Part shown: positions 22,437-34,474 of the stretch, one piece after another | Position numbering within the stretch: the stretch's first letter is position 1 | Layout: each line of letters starts with the position of its first letter | Origin: Podarcis cretensis | Taxonomy: Eukaryota | Direction of reading: 5' to 3' | Assembly: GCA_951804945.1 (NCBI GenBank) | Contig: OX638155.1 | Location: 5,518,001-5,582,000, forward strand | Length of the DNA: 64,000 nucleotides | Translations under genes and position numbers: made by a program | Notes under the pieces: model-generated | Told to the model about the DNA's origin: nothing | The model's database searches: none | The model's input: the letters and a program-made list of their open reading frames with translations, nothing else

Positions 22437-24839
22437 ATGGAAGATAGGCAGAAGGAAAACAGCAGATCAGTAAGAAGGCAAGTACCTCTCCTCTTACTAT
22501 TCTCTCTGTGTGGTCAGATTGCCTCAGAGCACATTCATTATTCCATCCCTGAAGAAATGGAAAAGGGATCCATTGTGGGAAACCTAGCCAAAGACCTGAG
22601 ATTGAATAACAGAGAAATAGGAAATGGCAATCTGCATATCCTTTCCCTAGGTAAAAAGCAATATTTCACTCTCAGTGCAGAAAATGGGAATTTGTATGTA
22701 AGGGAGAGGATTGATAGAGAGGAATTATGTGGTCAAACTGCAATCTGCTCCATCAATTTTGAAGTGGTGCTTGACAGCCCTATGAATATTTTTCATATAA
22801 CTGTAGAGATCCAAGACATTAATGATAATGCACCATATTTTGTAAAAGGGGATATCAAGCTGGAGATAAGTGAATCCTCTTTAAAAGGCACCACATTTCT
22901 CCTTGGACAAGCTGAAGATCCTGATCTTGGGGTGAATTCTCTCCAGAATTACAACCTTAGCACAAATCAGTATTTTATTCTGGAAGTGAGAGAAAGAAAG
23001 GATGGAAAGAAATATGCAGAATTAGTATTGAATAAACAGTTAGATCGGGAAAGTGAAGGCAGTTTCCAATTAATCCTTACGGCGCTGGATGGAGGGAAGC
23101 CTGCCAAAACTGGAACAACCAAAATTTGGATCACCGTCATTGATGCAAATGACAACCCACCAGTCTTCACTCAAAAAGTATACACAGTCAAGCTGAAAGA
23201 AAATGCCCCCAAAGGGTCTTCAGTGGTCCAGGTGAAAGCCACAGATAGAGATAAAGGTTCTTACGCTCAAATCAGCTATAATTTTAGTAACATCCCTGAA
23301 ATTGCTCAACAGAAATTCTACTTGGATCCACAGGAAGGGACAATAACACTTAAAGAGGCTCTGGACTTTGAGGAAATAGAAGAATATGCAATGGCAGTGG
23401 AAGCAAGAGATGGGGGAGGATTAGTCGCTCAATGCAATGTTGAAATTTCACTCCTAGATGAGAATGACAATGCCCCAGAAGTGATTCTTGCCTCTTTATC
23501 CAGCCCAATCCCTGAAGACTCTGCAGTAGGAACCCTGGTAGCCCTTATCAATGTAAATGATAGAGACTCTGGAGATAATGGGAAGACTGCTTGTGATATA
23601 CAACACAATTTGCCATTCAAGATGGTATCAGCCTCCAATAATTATTATAAGCTTCTCACAGACGCCCCCTTGGACAGAGAAAGAACTCCAGAGTACAATA
23701 TCACAGTCACAGCCACAGACAAAGGCAACCCTCCTCTTTCCACATACAAAACCATCACACTGCAGATCTCAGACATCAATGACAACTGCCCTGCCTTTGA
23801 GAAACCCTATTATACTGCCTATGTCCCAGAGAACAATCCTTCAGGCTCCTCCATTTTCAGGGTCAAAGCCTCTGACCCAGATGTGGACCAGAATGCTCAA
23901 ATCACCTACTCTATTCGCAACAGCATCACTGAGGGGTTGCCTCTCTCGTCCTTCCTCTCCATTAATTCTGAGACTGGCACTATCTATGCTCAGCGCTCCT
24001 TTGACTATGAGCAAGTCAAGGAGTTTCAAGTGGAGATGAGGGCCGAAGATGGAGGCTCCCCCCGCCTCAGCAGCAATGCCACCATGAGAGTGTGCATTCT
24101 GGACCAGAATGACCAAAGCCCTCAGATTCTTTATCCTTCTCAAGGAGTAGAGGGCTCCTCCTTGTTTGAGATGGTGCCTCGCTCAGCAGAGGAGGGTTAT
24201 CTGGTGACCAAGGTGGTGGCTGTGGATGCTGACTCTGGACACAACGCTTGGCTCTCCTACTATCTGCTCCAGGCAACAGAACCTGGGCTGTTCTCCATTG
24301 GTTCCCATACTGGGGAGATCAGGACCTCACGGGCTTTTTTGGAAAGAGATGCTGTGAAGCAGAAGCTCATCATCTTAGTCAAGGATAATGGGCAGCCACC
24401 ACTATCCGCTACCGTGAGTCTCAACCTGGTGTTTGCTGAGAACTTCCAGGAGGCACTTCCGGAAATTAGCCACCAGCCCAGTGACTCCGAGTATCAATCT
24501 GATCTACAGTTCTTCTTGGTGCTGGCCTTAGCTTTGATTTCATTCTTATTCCTCCTGACAGTGATTCTGGCCATTCTCATGAAGATTCGGCGATCAGGGA
24601 ACCCCAAATTCCTGCAGTGTTTTGCTCCTGTTCCCCATTCAAACAACACAGTCATTTTCCCACCAAACTATGAAGAAGGAACATTGCCATATTCGTATCA
24701 GCTGTGCTTATCTTCTGAGTCCAGGGTACAGGAGTTCACCTTTCCAACACCCAATGTTCAAACCGCAGATAAGTCTAATGTGACTTTGACTGCCAATGGA
24801 GGCAATATCCTAAATTCTGAGATGGATAATGCTGATATG
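22437..24839 (+). CDS. PCDHGB: Protocadherin gamma B-like variable exon V5 (subfamily Y, 801 codons to donor)
   Basis: Six EC repeats plus TM, gammaB motifs. Donor ATG|GTGAGT at 24839/24840. Confidence 0.93.
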
Positions 24840-25554
24840 GTGAGTTTATTTTCAGCGGTACATGGTTAACATTTTAAGCAGTCTCTTTATGTCTATAGGC
24901 AACTAGTATGTTTTAAGCTGATTTATCTGAGTTTTTTCATATAAACATTCAGTTCACATGAAGATGGGGCAGCTACCCCCTCTGCTTGAACCTCACAGGT
25001 GTACTTGAAGCTCAATGTCTGTACAGAACATGCTGTACAGGTGTTCTCAAATAGGCCTTTTCTTTGTCATCAGAAATCTTGCAAATGGAAGGGTCTATTG
25101 GTATGTGTACAGGCCTATTTGTAGATGTTCAGATCTTCAACTGAAATTGTGGAGATGAGTAAGATCTTTCTTCATCCCCTCAACACATTCATCGGATGTG
25201 GATGTGGCATAAAGAAAATGCTATGTATGCCGTCTAACCTTTATCTAATTTATCATTACTTCATTTTACTGATGAACTTCTGTTCTTCCACTTCATACCT
25301 TTAATGAAAAATGTGTTTGATAGAGATGAGGAGTGGGATGAGAGAGGGGGAGGAATGGCAGGGAGAGAGACAGAGAGAGAAAGATGTACCTTATACCATC
25401 AGAAAGCTGTATATTTTGTTCTGCTTTAGGGCAGTGAAAATTAGAGGGAAGGGTCCCAACTGCATGGCTTAATTTTAGAATAAAATGTTTCAGGAAATAC
25501 CTAAAATGATTCACCAAAGGTAGAACCAGCTTTAATAGTACTTTTATGTTTCTA

Positions 25555-25899
25555 AAGGTAAAGGTAAAGGGACCCCTGAACATTAGGTCCAGTCGCGGAC
25601 AACTCTGTGGTTGCAGTGCTCATCTCGCTTTATTGGCCGAGGGAGCCGGCGTACAGCTTCTGGGTCATGAGGCCAGCATGACTAAGCTGCTTCTGGCAAA
25701 CCAGAGCAGCGCACGGAAACACCATTTACCTTCCTGCCTATTTATCTACTTGCACTTTGTTATGCTTTCGAACTGCTAGTTTGGCAGGAGCAGGGACCAA
25801 GCAATGGGAGCTCACCCCGTCGCGGGGATTCAAACAGCCGCCCTTCTGATCAGGAAGCCCTGGGCTCTGTGGTTTAACCCACACCACCACCCGTGTCCC
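25555..25899 (-). mobile_element. Sauria SINE, near full length
   Basis: aaggtaaaggtaaagggacccctg... ((ACCTTT)n tail on minus) through ...ggtttaacccac..ccacccgtgtccc. TSD tatgtttcta at 25545-25554 and 25900-25909. Confidence 0.92.
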
Positions 25900-26315
25900 T
25901 ATGTTTCTAGTTCATTTTAAATGTGAAAAGTGCATCACAAACGTTTTAATAGTAACTCAGTATTATTTCCCCTTGCTTCTGAATACCTCCCAAGGTACTT
26001 CCTCATATAATCACTATATTTCAGATTGTGATTGGAGAAATAACGGTAGCAAAATATGGCTGAGGTTGCATTTGAGGTGTTTAAACAAATGTATTTTGTC
26101 AGCCAAATGAGAGCCAGATTAGTACTGCCAACTTGCACACACTTGTCTCACTGCCTATGCCACCCACCACCTGGCTCTTGTTGGGCTTTCTGGAGCAACC
26201 ACCCCATCACCATGCCTCCCTATGAGGAAGGTGAACTGCCTCACTCTGAGCAAGATAGCCCAGGAATATACAGTACCTGCATCACTACTGCTTTTAAACT
26301 TTTAACTAAATCTAG

Positions 26316-26668
26316 TAAAGGTAAAGGGACCCCTGACCATTAGGTCCATTCATGACCGACTCTGGGGTTGTGGCGCTAATCTCACTTTACTGGCCGAGGG
26401 AGCAGGCATACAGCTTCCGGGTCATGTGGCCAGCATGACTAAGCCGCTTCTGGCGAAACCAGAGCAGCGCACGGAAACGCCATTTACCTTCCTGCAGGAG
26501 TGGTACCTATTTATCTACTTACACTTTGACGTGCTTTTGAACTGCTAGGTTGGCAGGAGCTGGGACCGAGCAACGGGAGCTCACCCCGTTGCAGGGATTC
26601 GAACAGCTGACCTTCTGATCGGCAAGTCCTAGGCTCTGTGGCTTAACCCACAGCGCCACCCGCGTCCC
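26316..26668 (-). mobile_element. Sauria SINE, full length
   Basis: Same family as the 25555 copy. Perfect 14-bp TSD ttaactaaatctag at 26302-26315 and 26669-26682. Confidence 0.93.
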
Positions 26669-27609
26669 TTAACTAAATCTAGAAGATAACAATTAGCCAT
26701 TGCAGTAAAGCAGAGGCAGTCCATCACTCACTTGGGTCTCCTCCAAGGAAAGACACCCCCACTTCCTTTGAAGCAATATGTTCTTCTGCTCCCTTCTCAA
26801 AATCCACCTTATTGCAAACTTGGCCCTCAGAAGCCTGGTTTTATTTCTTTCTGGACAAAAGCTTCATAGCAAATTCCAAAATTGATTGAATGTAGGAAGG
26901 TGACATCTCTGAACAGCCTTTCCTTTCCTATACCAAGTGTATCTCTGTAGTTCATAGCAGGATGGTGGCAGGTCCAGGTTTGTCCTTTGTGGAGAGCAGT
27001 AGTCACTCTTCAGTTAACATGATTAAAGTTAGTCTCTTGAGTAATGGACCCATATCTTCAGGAGCACCCTATTGAAATGTTGGCTTGATGGCATTGCATT
27101 GCCCAAGCTGTGAGCTGTGCAAAATGACTTGAGGTGACCTATTTCCATCAGGAAGGCTTCCAGGAGCTTCCTTGCTTTTGTTGCAAAGTGAACCACACTG
27201 AAGCAATTTTTAAAAAATCATAGTCAACATAGGTGTGTCTCCCAGGCTCTTGAACTAGCAGCCTGCAAACAAGCCACTGCCACCTAGTATAGCCTTTTCC
27301 TGCATAAGGAGAGCAGTAGATAAATGAAATGTTTGAGTGCCATTGAACATCGAAAAGAAGAAGAAAACATTTGATTTTTTGCACTTGTTTCATTGGAACA
27401 AATATTTTGATTTGGGGTGGGAAGTCATTTGCCTTCGGATAATATTATTCTGATATCTTAGAAAGGCTATATAGAAAGAAGCAGTGGTGAGTGGGAGATT
27501 TATGAGTAGGTAAAAATTACTGGAAATGTTTTGAAATTGCATCTGGGATTCAAGTGAAATTGAAGCCATATTGATAAGACATAAGTAAAAATGTGCATGT
27601 TATTATTAC

Positions 27610-27987
27610 GTTTCTGAGCACAATTCAAACTGAGGTGCTGACCTTTAAAGCCCTAAAGCTTTGGCCCTGCATACCTGAAGTAGCGTCTCCACCCCTATCA
27701 TTCAGCCGAGACATAGATACAGCTCCAAGGGCCTTCTGGCAGTTCCCTTGCTGCAAGAAATGAAATTACAGGGAACCAGGCAGAAGGCCTTCTGGGTAGT
27801 TATGCCCGCCCTGTGGAATTCCCTCCCATCAGATGTCAAGCAAATAAACAACTCTTAGAAGACATCTGAAGGTAGCCCTGTATAGGGAATGTTTTAATGT
27901 TTGATGTCTTACTGTGTTTTAATTTGTTAGAAGTCACCCAGAGTGGCTGCAGCAACCCAGTCAAGTGGGTGGAATAATAATAATAAT
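27610..27987 (+). mobile_element. L2-clade LINE 3' end
   Basis: caattcaaa..gtgctgacctttaaagccctaaa..ggccct..tacctgaag...ctgtggaattccctccc... matches the L2 ORF2 C-terminus and 3'UTR pattern, ending in (TAA)n. Confidence 0.75.
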
Positions 27988-28358
27988 CTTCTTTCTTCTT
28001 CTTCTTTCTTCTTCTACTTTTTTGGCGATCACTCGTAGCTGAGTTAGATTGTCTTCCAAAACATAGTTTTAGCAGTGAGTCCGTAAGTCACTGTGGAGGC
28101 CAATTCTGGATCCACACATCCTTCCACAGTGGGGACACAGGTTTCTGGGTGGGAGTTGATCATGGTGAGGGTTTGCCAAGTCTGCCTTCCTCTTAGCTCA
28201 TTTCTCCTTTTTGTCCTGTCTTCAAGTGTCTTCAAAGCCCATGACACCTTTGGTAAAGGCTGTTCTCCAATTGAAGCACTCACAGGCCAGTGTTTCCTAG
28301 TTGTTGGTGTTTATACTACATTTTTAAAGATTTACCTTGAGAGAGTCTTTAAACCTTA
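27988..28358 (-). mobile_element. RTE-clade LINE 3' end inserted at the L2 tail
   Basis: (CTT)n on + (= (AAG)n tail). Minus strand encodes RFKDSLK...ETLACECFNWRTAFTKGVMGFED, typical of an RTE ORF C-terminus. Confidence 0.75.
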
Positions 28359-28768
28359 TTTGTTGAAATAATCATAATTCAAAATAAAAAAGTGGGATAA
28401 TAATGCTTGCATTCTGATTTCTGCTCTGCCAAGCTCAGGATTTTGTTTGGGTGCCAGTTCTTTTTGGACTAACTTGGGTGCCAATTCTTCATACTAAACT
28501 AACAGCAATATCACAGTCATTATTTTAGTCCATGAAAACTTGTGCCACATTTGCTTTAAGACACCACAAGACAATTCTGTTTTTATTTTGAAAGTTGATA
28601 ACATGGATAAAAGGATGTTGACATGCAGCTGCAATTTGACAACATAAACGGTGGAGGACCAAAGACAACTCTCCTAGATGCTTCCAATTTGTGGTTGTCC
28701 TGGACACTCCAAAATATGAACACACCCAGGTTGCTTTTCAATTATAAGTTGAATGAGAAAGAATCCCT

Positions 28769-28810
28769 TGCAGTTCTCTGTCTGAGCCTCAGGATGTCAG
28801 TGTCAGCCAG
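28769..28810 (+). promoter_or_regulatory. Degenerate CSE / CTCF site of V6 promoter
   Basis: tgcagttctctgtctgagcctcaggatgtcagtgtcagccag: correct position, 42-bp length and TGCAG module, but the core reads ATGTCAGTGTCAGCC instead of GTGYCRCTGTTRRCC. Confidence 0.7.
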
Positions 28811-29057
28811 TGTGGAAGCCACAGAGAAGATGCAGGAGACCCCGGATAGTTTTCTAGAAAGGGATTGTTTCACCATTTCTGTACAGTAACAGCAGATCAC
28901 AACAACCAAGCAATCTTGCTGGAAAGGACAGTAAAAAATTAAGAAGGAACTAGGCAGAAATCCAGCTTAGTCTTTGTTGTGGAGATTCCTTGTGATCAGA
29001 TGATAATTTGATCATTACAAGCTGAAAAAAGGAGACAGCTGTTTCTCAGGGATCTGT

Positions 29058-31478
29058 ATGGATAGAAGAAACAAAAACAATGGAATGGCACTCAGAAGGC
29101 AAGTACTGCTTCTCTTATTTTTGCCTTTCTCCGGCTGGGCTGCCTCAGAGCAGATTCGTTATTCTATCCTTGAGGAGATGGCAAAGGGTTCGGTTGTGGG
29201 GAATCTCGCCAAGGATTTGGGACTGAATGCCAGAGATCTAGGAAGGCGCAATCTGCATGCTGTCTCTGTGAACAAAATGCAGTATTTCAGTATAAGTGCA
29301 GAAAATGGAAATCTCTATGTAAATGACAGGATTGACAGAGAGGAAATATGTGGCACAACTCCACTCTGTCTTGTTAATTTTGAGGTGGTAATGGAAAATC
29401 CCCTTAATATTTTTCATGTGACTATTACAATTCAAGATATAAATGACAATGCGCCATTCTTTCTCAGTGGCAATATCAACTTAGAAACAAGCGAACTAAC
29501 TTTGTTAGGAACACGGTTTTTCCTTGGGAAAGCTGAAGATCCTGACATTGGGATGAATGCTCTCCAGAATTACCACCTTAGCTCGAATCAGTATTTTACT
29601 CTGGATGTTAAAGAGACTCATGATGGAAATAAATTTGCAGATTTAGTGCTGCAGAAAGCACTAGATCGAGAGACTGAACAGACCCTTCACTTGATTCTCA
29701 CAGCGTTGGATGGGGGTGAACCTAGAAAAACTGGGACTGCCCAGATATGGATTAATGTCACAGATGCCAATGACAACCCACCTGTTTTCACTCAAGAGGT
29801 GTACAAGGTCAGTTTGAGGGAAAGTGTTGCAGTTGGATCGCTTGTGCTCCGGGTTACAGCATCTGATAATGATGAAGGTTCATACGCCCAAATCAGGTAT
29901 TATTTTAGTAATATACCACAGAATGCCAACAGGAAATTCAGTCTAGATCCATTGAATGGCTTAATCCTACTTATAGGGTTATTGGACTTTGAGGATATCA
30001 GTGAATACACTATATCAGTAGCAGCCAAAGATGGTGGTGGATTAGTGACACATTGCAAAGTTGAAATAAGCGTTCGTGATGAGAATGATAATGCCCCAGA
30101 GGTTACTTTAGCCTCCATGTTTAGCCCAGTTCCGGAAGATTCTATGTCAGGAACAGTCATTGCTCTGGTCAATGTAAATGACAGAGATAGTGGAGATAAT
30201 GGAAAAGTTACTTGCTACCTACAAGATGATTTACCCTTCAAAGTTCTTCCGTCATCTAACAATTACTTCAAGCTCCAGACAGACAGTCTCCTGGACAGAG
30301 AAAAAACTCCTGCATACAATATTACAATCACAGCAATTGATAAAGGAACTCCACCTCTTTCCACACACAAAACAATCTCACTACAGATCTCAGATATCAA
30401 TGACAATGCCCCTACATTTCAGAAATCATCCTACAACATCTACGTGCCAGAAAACAATCCTTCAGGTGCCTCCATTTTCACCATCAAAGCTTCTGATCCA
30501 GATACGGATCAGAACTCAAGGATCACATACTCCATCCTCAACAGCAACATCGAGGAGCTTCCCATCTCCTCCTATATCTCCATTAATTCAGAGACCGGCA
30601 CCATCTATGCCCAGAGATCCTTTGACTATGAACAATTCCGAGAGTTCCATCTTCAAGTGAAGGCCCAAGATGGGGGTTCTCCCCCTCTCAGCAGCAATGT
30701 GAGCGTCAGGGTGTTTGTTCTTGACAGGAATGATAACAGCCCTCATATCCTGTCCCCCTCACAAGAAGCCAAGGGCTCAGCCTTGTTTGAGATGGTGCCT
30801 CGTTCAGCTGAGGCAGATTATCTTGTCACCAAGGTGGTGGCCGTGGATGCAGATTCTGGACACAACGCCTGGCTCTCCTACCACCTGACTCAGGCCACTG
30901 AGCCGGCACTCTTCACAGTTGGTTTTCATACTGGAGAGATCAGGACAGCCAGGGCCTTTGTGGAGAGAGATGCTGTGAAACAGAAACTGGTCATTATGGT
31001 GAAGGATAATGGGCAGCCATCTCTCTCGGCCACCATTACTCTGAACCTGGTGTTTGCTGAGAACTTTCAGGAGGCCCTTCCGGAAATGAAGAGCCAACCC
31101 AGCAGCCCGGAGTATCAGTCTGACCTGCAGTTCTACTTGGTGCTGGCCTTAGCTGTGATCTCCTTCTTGTTCCTCTTGACTGTGATTCTGGCCGTTACAG
31201 TGAAGCTCCGTCAATCAGGGCATCCCAGGTTCCTACAGTGCTTTGGTCCTGTTCCCCATTCCAAGAATGGTGCCATCTTCCCACCCAACTTTGAAGATGG
31301 GACTTTGCCCTATTCCTACCAGCTGTGTCTGTCTTCTGAGTCCAGGAAGAATGAGTTTACCTTCCTGACACCCAATGTTCAGATGGTAGACAATATTCTT
31401 GGCAGTGAGAAACCTGCTGTGCCTTTTACAGGCAACGGAGAAAATAATTGTCAAGCTGAGATGAATAAAGATGAAGAG
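29058..31478 (+). CDS. PCDHGB: Protocadherin gamma B-like variable exon V6 (subfamily X, 807 codons to donor)
   Basis: Six EC repeats plus TM. Donor GAG|GTAAGA at 31478/31479. The last 66 aa of the 873-aa ORF are intronic read-through. Confidence 0.92.
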
Positions 31479-31705
31479 GTAAGAATTGTTATCCAGAATT
31501 ATTTGTGTAAGCCATGGTCTTTTTCAATGAGCAAAATCCAGACAGAATGCCTCCATACTTTTGTGGAAATTGCCAAAGTTTGTCTTCTTTTTACTCAGCA
31601 TTCACACAATACTGTTACAAAATCAGTAACACCTTTTCCACCTTTTCTTAGTGGATGGAAGGCTAACAATTTTTTTTAGAAAAATAGCACAAGCTCCATG
31701 GCAAT

Positions 31706-31708
<3 letters not shown>

Positions 31709-31748
<40 letters not shown>

Positions 31749-31779
31749 CCTCTCTCTCTCTGTGTGTGTGTGTGTGTGT
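31709..31779. repeat. (TC)n(TG)n compound microsatellite
   Basis: Directly visible. Confidence 0.95.
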
Positions 31780-31872
31780 ACAGGGAAATGGAGATGGTAA
31801 ATTGGCCTTTATTTGTATCAGTTCTCTCCTTTGTAATTGATGTATATAATATTACTGAGAGCAGAAGTCTTT

Positions 31873-31874
<2 letters not shown>

Positions 31875-31952
<78 letters not shown>
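31875..31952. repeat. (TC)15(AC)9(AG)15 self-complementary compound microsatellite
   Basis: TC run 31875-31904, AC run 31905-31922, AG run 31923-31952. Confidence 0.95.
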
Positions 31953-31955
<3 letters not shown>

Positions 31956-32417
31956 TAGCTAGCTTGTGGTGACCAGCTGAATTATTCTTGTGTCTCTGAA
32001 GTGAAGCTTCAGAAATAAAGTGTATGAGTCATGTGTTTTTAGGACTATGATGATAATATCGGTGAGAAGCAATTTGACTGTCAGTAACCAACTCCTCTCT
32101 TTGGAAGAATAATTCTAGAATTTTGTTGTGAAACCATCTAGGCCTGGGGCTTTATGTATTTTTTTTCATTTTGAGGACAGTCTCTATTTCCACTGGGATG
32201 ATAGGACTGTCCAATGAACTCTTGTTCGTCTTCTGTTACAGTTGGCATGGGCAGTCCTGTCAGGTGGTTCTTGATTCCCTGTTGCGGTGGGTTGTGGGAG
32301 GTGTATAGGCTGGAGTAGAATTCAGTGAATTCTGACTCCAGTCCTATGCACACTTTATCTAAATGTGCCCCAGACTGTGGTGTCCCTGGATGTCAACATA
32401 TCTGTAGGAAGCTAAGG

Positions 32418-32750
32418 TAAAGGTAAAGGAACCCCTGACCATTAGGTCCAGTCGCGGATGACTCTGGGGTTGTGGTGCTCATCTCGCTTTATTGGCCGAA
32501 GGAGCCGGCGTACAGTTGTGGCCAGCATGACTAAGCTGCTTCTGGCGAACCAGAGCAGCACACAGTAATGCCGTTTACCTTCCCACCAGAGTGGTACCTA
32601 TTTATCAACTGGCACGTTGATGTGCTTTCGAACTGCTAGGTTGGCAGGTGCTGGGACCGAGCAACGGGAACTCACCCTGTCGCGGGGATTTGAACTGCCG
32701 ACCTTCTGATCAGCAAGCCCTAGGCTCTGTGGTTTAACCCACAGCACCAC
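32418..32750 (-). mobile_element. Sauria SINE, slightly 5'-truncated
   Basis: Same family as the 25555 and 26316 copies. Imperfect TSD ctgtaggaagctaagg (32402-32417) / ctgtggaaagctaagg (32751-32766). Confidence 0.9.
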
Positions 32751-33268
32751 CTGTGGAAAGCTAAGGGCTTTCCCAAATATGAGCATTGCTTTTGTGTCTG
32801 CATTAATCTTTCCTCTATATAAGGAGCTTTTTAAGAGAACTGTAGAATTGTAGAGTTGGAAGGGTCAATTATGAATCCAGCCCAGTGTTCTCAAGCCTGA
32901 CTAGGAGAGGCTGTCCAAGCTCTGTTGCTATCTGATGGCTTTTACATATTATTTGTGTGTGGTGCTGGTTTACTTTTAGGATACATGCAAGCAAAGCAGC
33001 TTGTAGAATTCTGCATGCTAGGGGTGGGGGGAAATGCCAAGCTGATTATTTTATGAACTAAAAAGTTACTATTTGGATGAACTTTAACTGAACTATTTTG
33101 TAAAATTACAAACTTCTTTGGACAGGATGAACTAGAACTACTTCCTTTTAAAAATGAACTGTTGATCCCCCACATAGTATTTGCTTTTTCTAAACATGTA
33201 GATTGTCATAGTGGCAGGGTATGATGTCTTGACAATTACTACTTCAATATCACCCTACTTTATCCAGC

Positions 33269-33517
33269 ACTCCACAGTTTAGCATTCTGACCATTGTTTA
33301 TTCAGCTTATGAAGTTGCACTTATTAGTATTTTAAAGGGGGATCAAGGATGAAATCTAATTCTTTCAGTGATATGTTTTCTGATTAAACTAAATGTAAAA
33401 TACCAGAAAACATATCACTGAAAGAATTAGATTTCATCCTTGATCCCCTTTTAAAATACTGACAAGTGCAATTTCATAAGCTGAATAGACAATGGTCAGA
33501 ATGCTAAACTGTGGAGT
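33269..33517. repeat. Long inverted repeat: 114-bp arms, 21-nt spacer
   Basis: Left arm 33269-33382 and right arm 33404-33517 are reverse complements with 5 mismatches and no gaps (hand alignment). Confidence 0.95.
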
Positions 33518-33935
33518 TCCTGATAGACAAACTTGTTGTAAAGTGGAAAGCTCCGTAAATAGACATTTATGAGGTTTATGAAGAATATGTTCTACTCAGA
33601 CTACACAATTTGTAAATAATGGTCATAAATTAGTCATATTTCAATTTCAAGACAGATGTCAGATTTGAGCTGCAAATTTCTATGAAGCACACTTTATCAT
33701 CAAATCCAGGTTTTCTACTCTTAACATGTAACTATTCTAGGAACATAAAAAATAAATTTCTAGACACATGTTTTTATTACACAAATGGTATCATTTCTCA
33801 AGGAGATGAGAAAGTTACAGATTTCACTTTGAAAATGTGTTGAGTGCTGTAATTTTTTTTATTCTCCCCATTTATATCCTACCTGATCTAAAAAAAAAGA
33901 AAAGTAAATGGGGGTGGAGGTGGGATAAATTCCAC

Positions 33936-33940
<5 letters not shown>

Positions 33941-33971
<31 letters not shown>
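33941..33971. repeat. (TG)n microsatellite upstream of V7 CSE
   Basis: Directly visible. Confidence 0.95.
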
Positions 33972-33973
<2 letters not shown>

Positions 33974-34156
33974 TGCATTGTTGCTTATTTTCTACTACTT
34001 TTTGGATGGCGGTGAGTTGTGGCCTATCTTACAGATAAAACACATCAACAGATTTGTAAAACTATGTTATTTGCCCAAATATTCCTGAAAATGGATACAT
34101 ATCAATATGTAAATGACAAAACAAATCTCTTCCATGTTATCTGTGACAAAACCTCT

Positions 34157-34198
34157 TGCAGTTCCTCATCAGAGACTCAGAGTGCCGCTGTTGGCCAA
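34157..34198 (+). promoter_or_regulatory. CSE / CTCF site of V7 promoter
   Basis: tgcagttcctcatcagagactcagagtgccgctgttggccaa (42 bp, CGCT core). Confidence 0.88.
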
Positions 34199-34474
34199 CA
34201 TAGTTCTCACAGTGGAGCTGAAAATCCAGTGATTTGCTGCTTCTGCAATGTGATTGTTCAGTCACACAGAGCTGGGAAACAGCAGAACACAGGGACCTCC
34301 AAAGTGTTTTTCTGAGAAACAAAAACCACTGCAAAGTACAGAAATTTGGCAGCAACCAGCCTTGTTTTATCATCTTTTATTGAGCACTTCTGCATCCTAA
34401 TGGGAATGTGAGACGCCTCATCAGCTCAACTGATTACAGAAAACAAGGATAAAACACAAATCCCTGCAAGAGGA

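Noticed and set aside
31479-31679. 66-aa C-terminal extension making V6 873 aa (similar shorter extensions on all exons)
   Set aside because: It lies beyond a conserved phase-0 splice donor and is not conserved among paralogs; intronic read-through.
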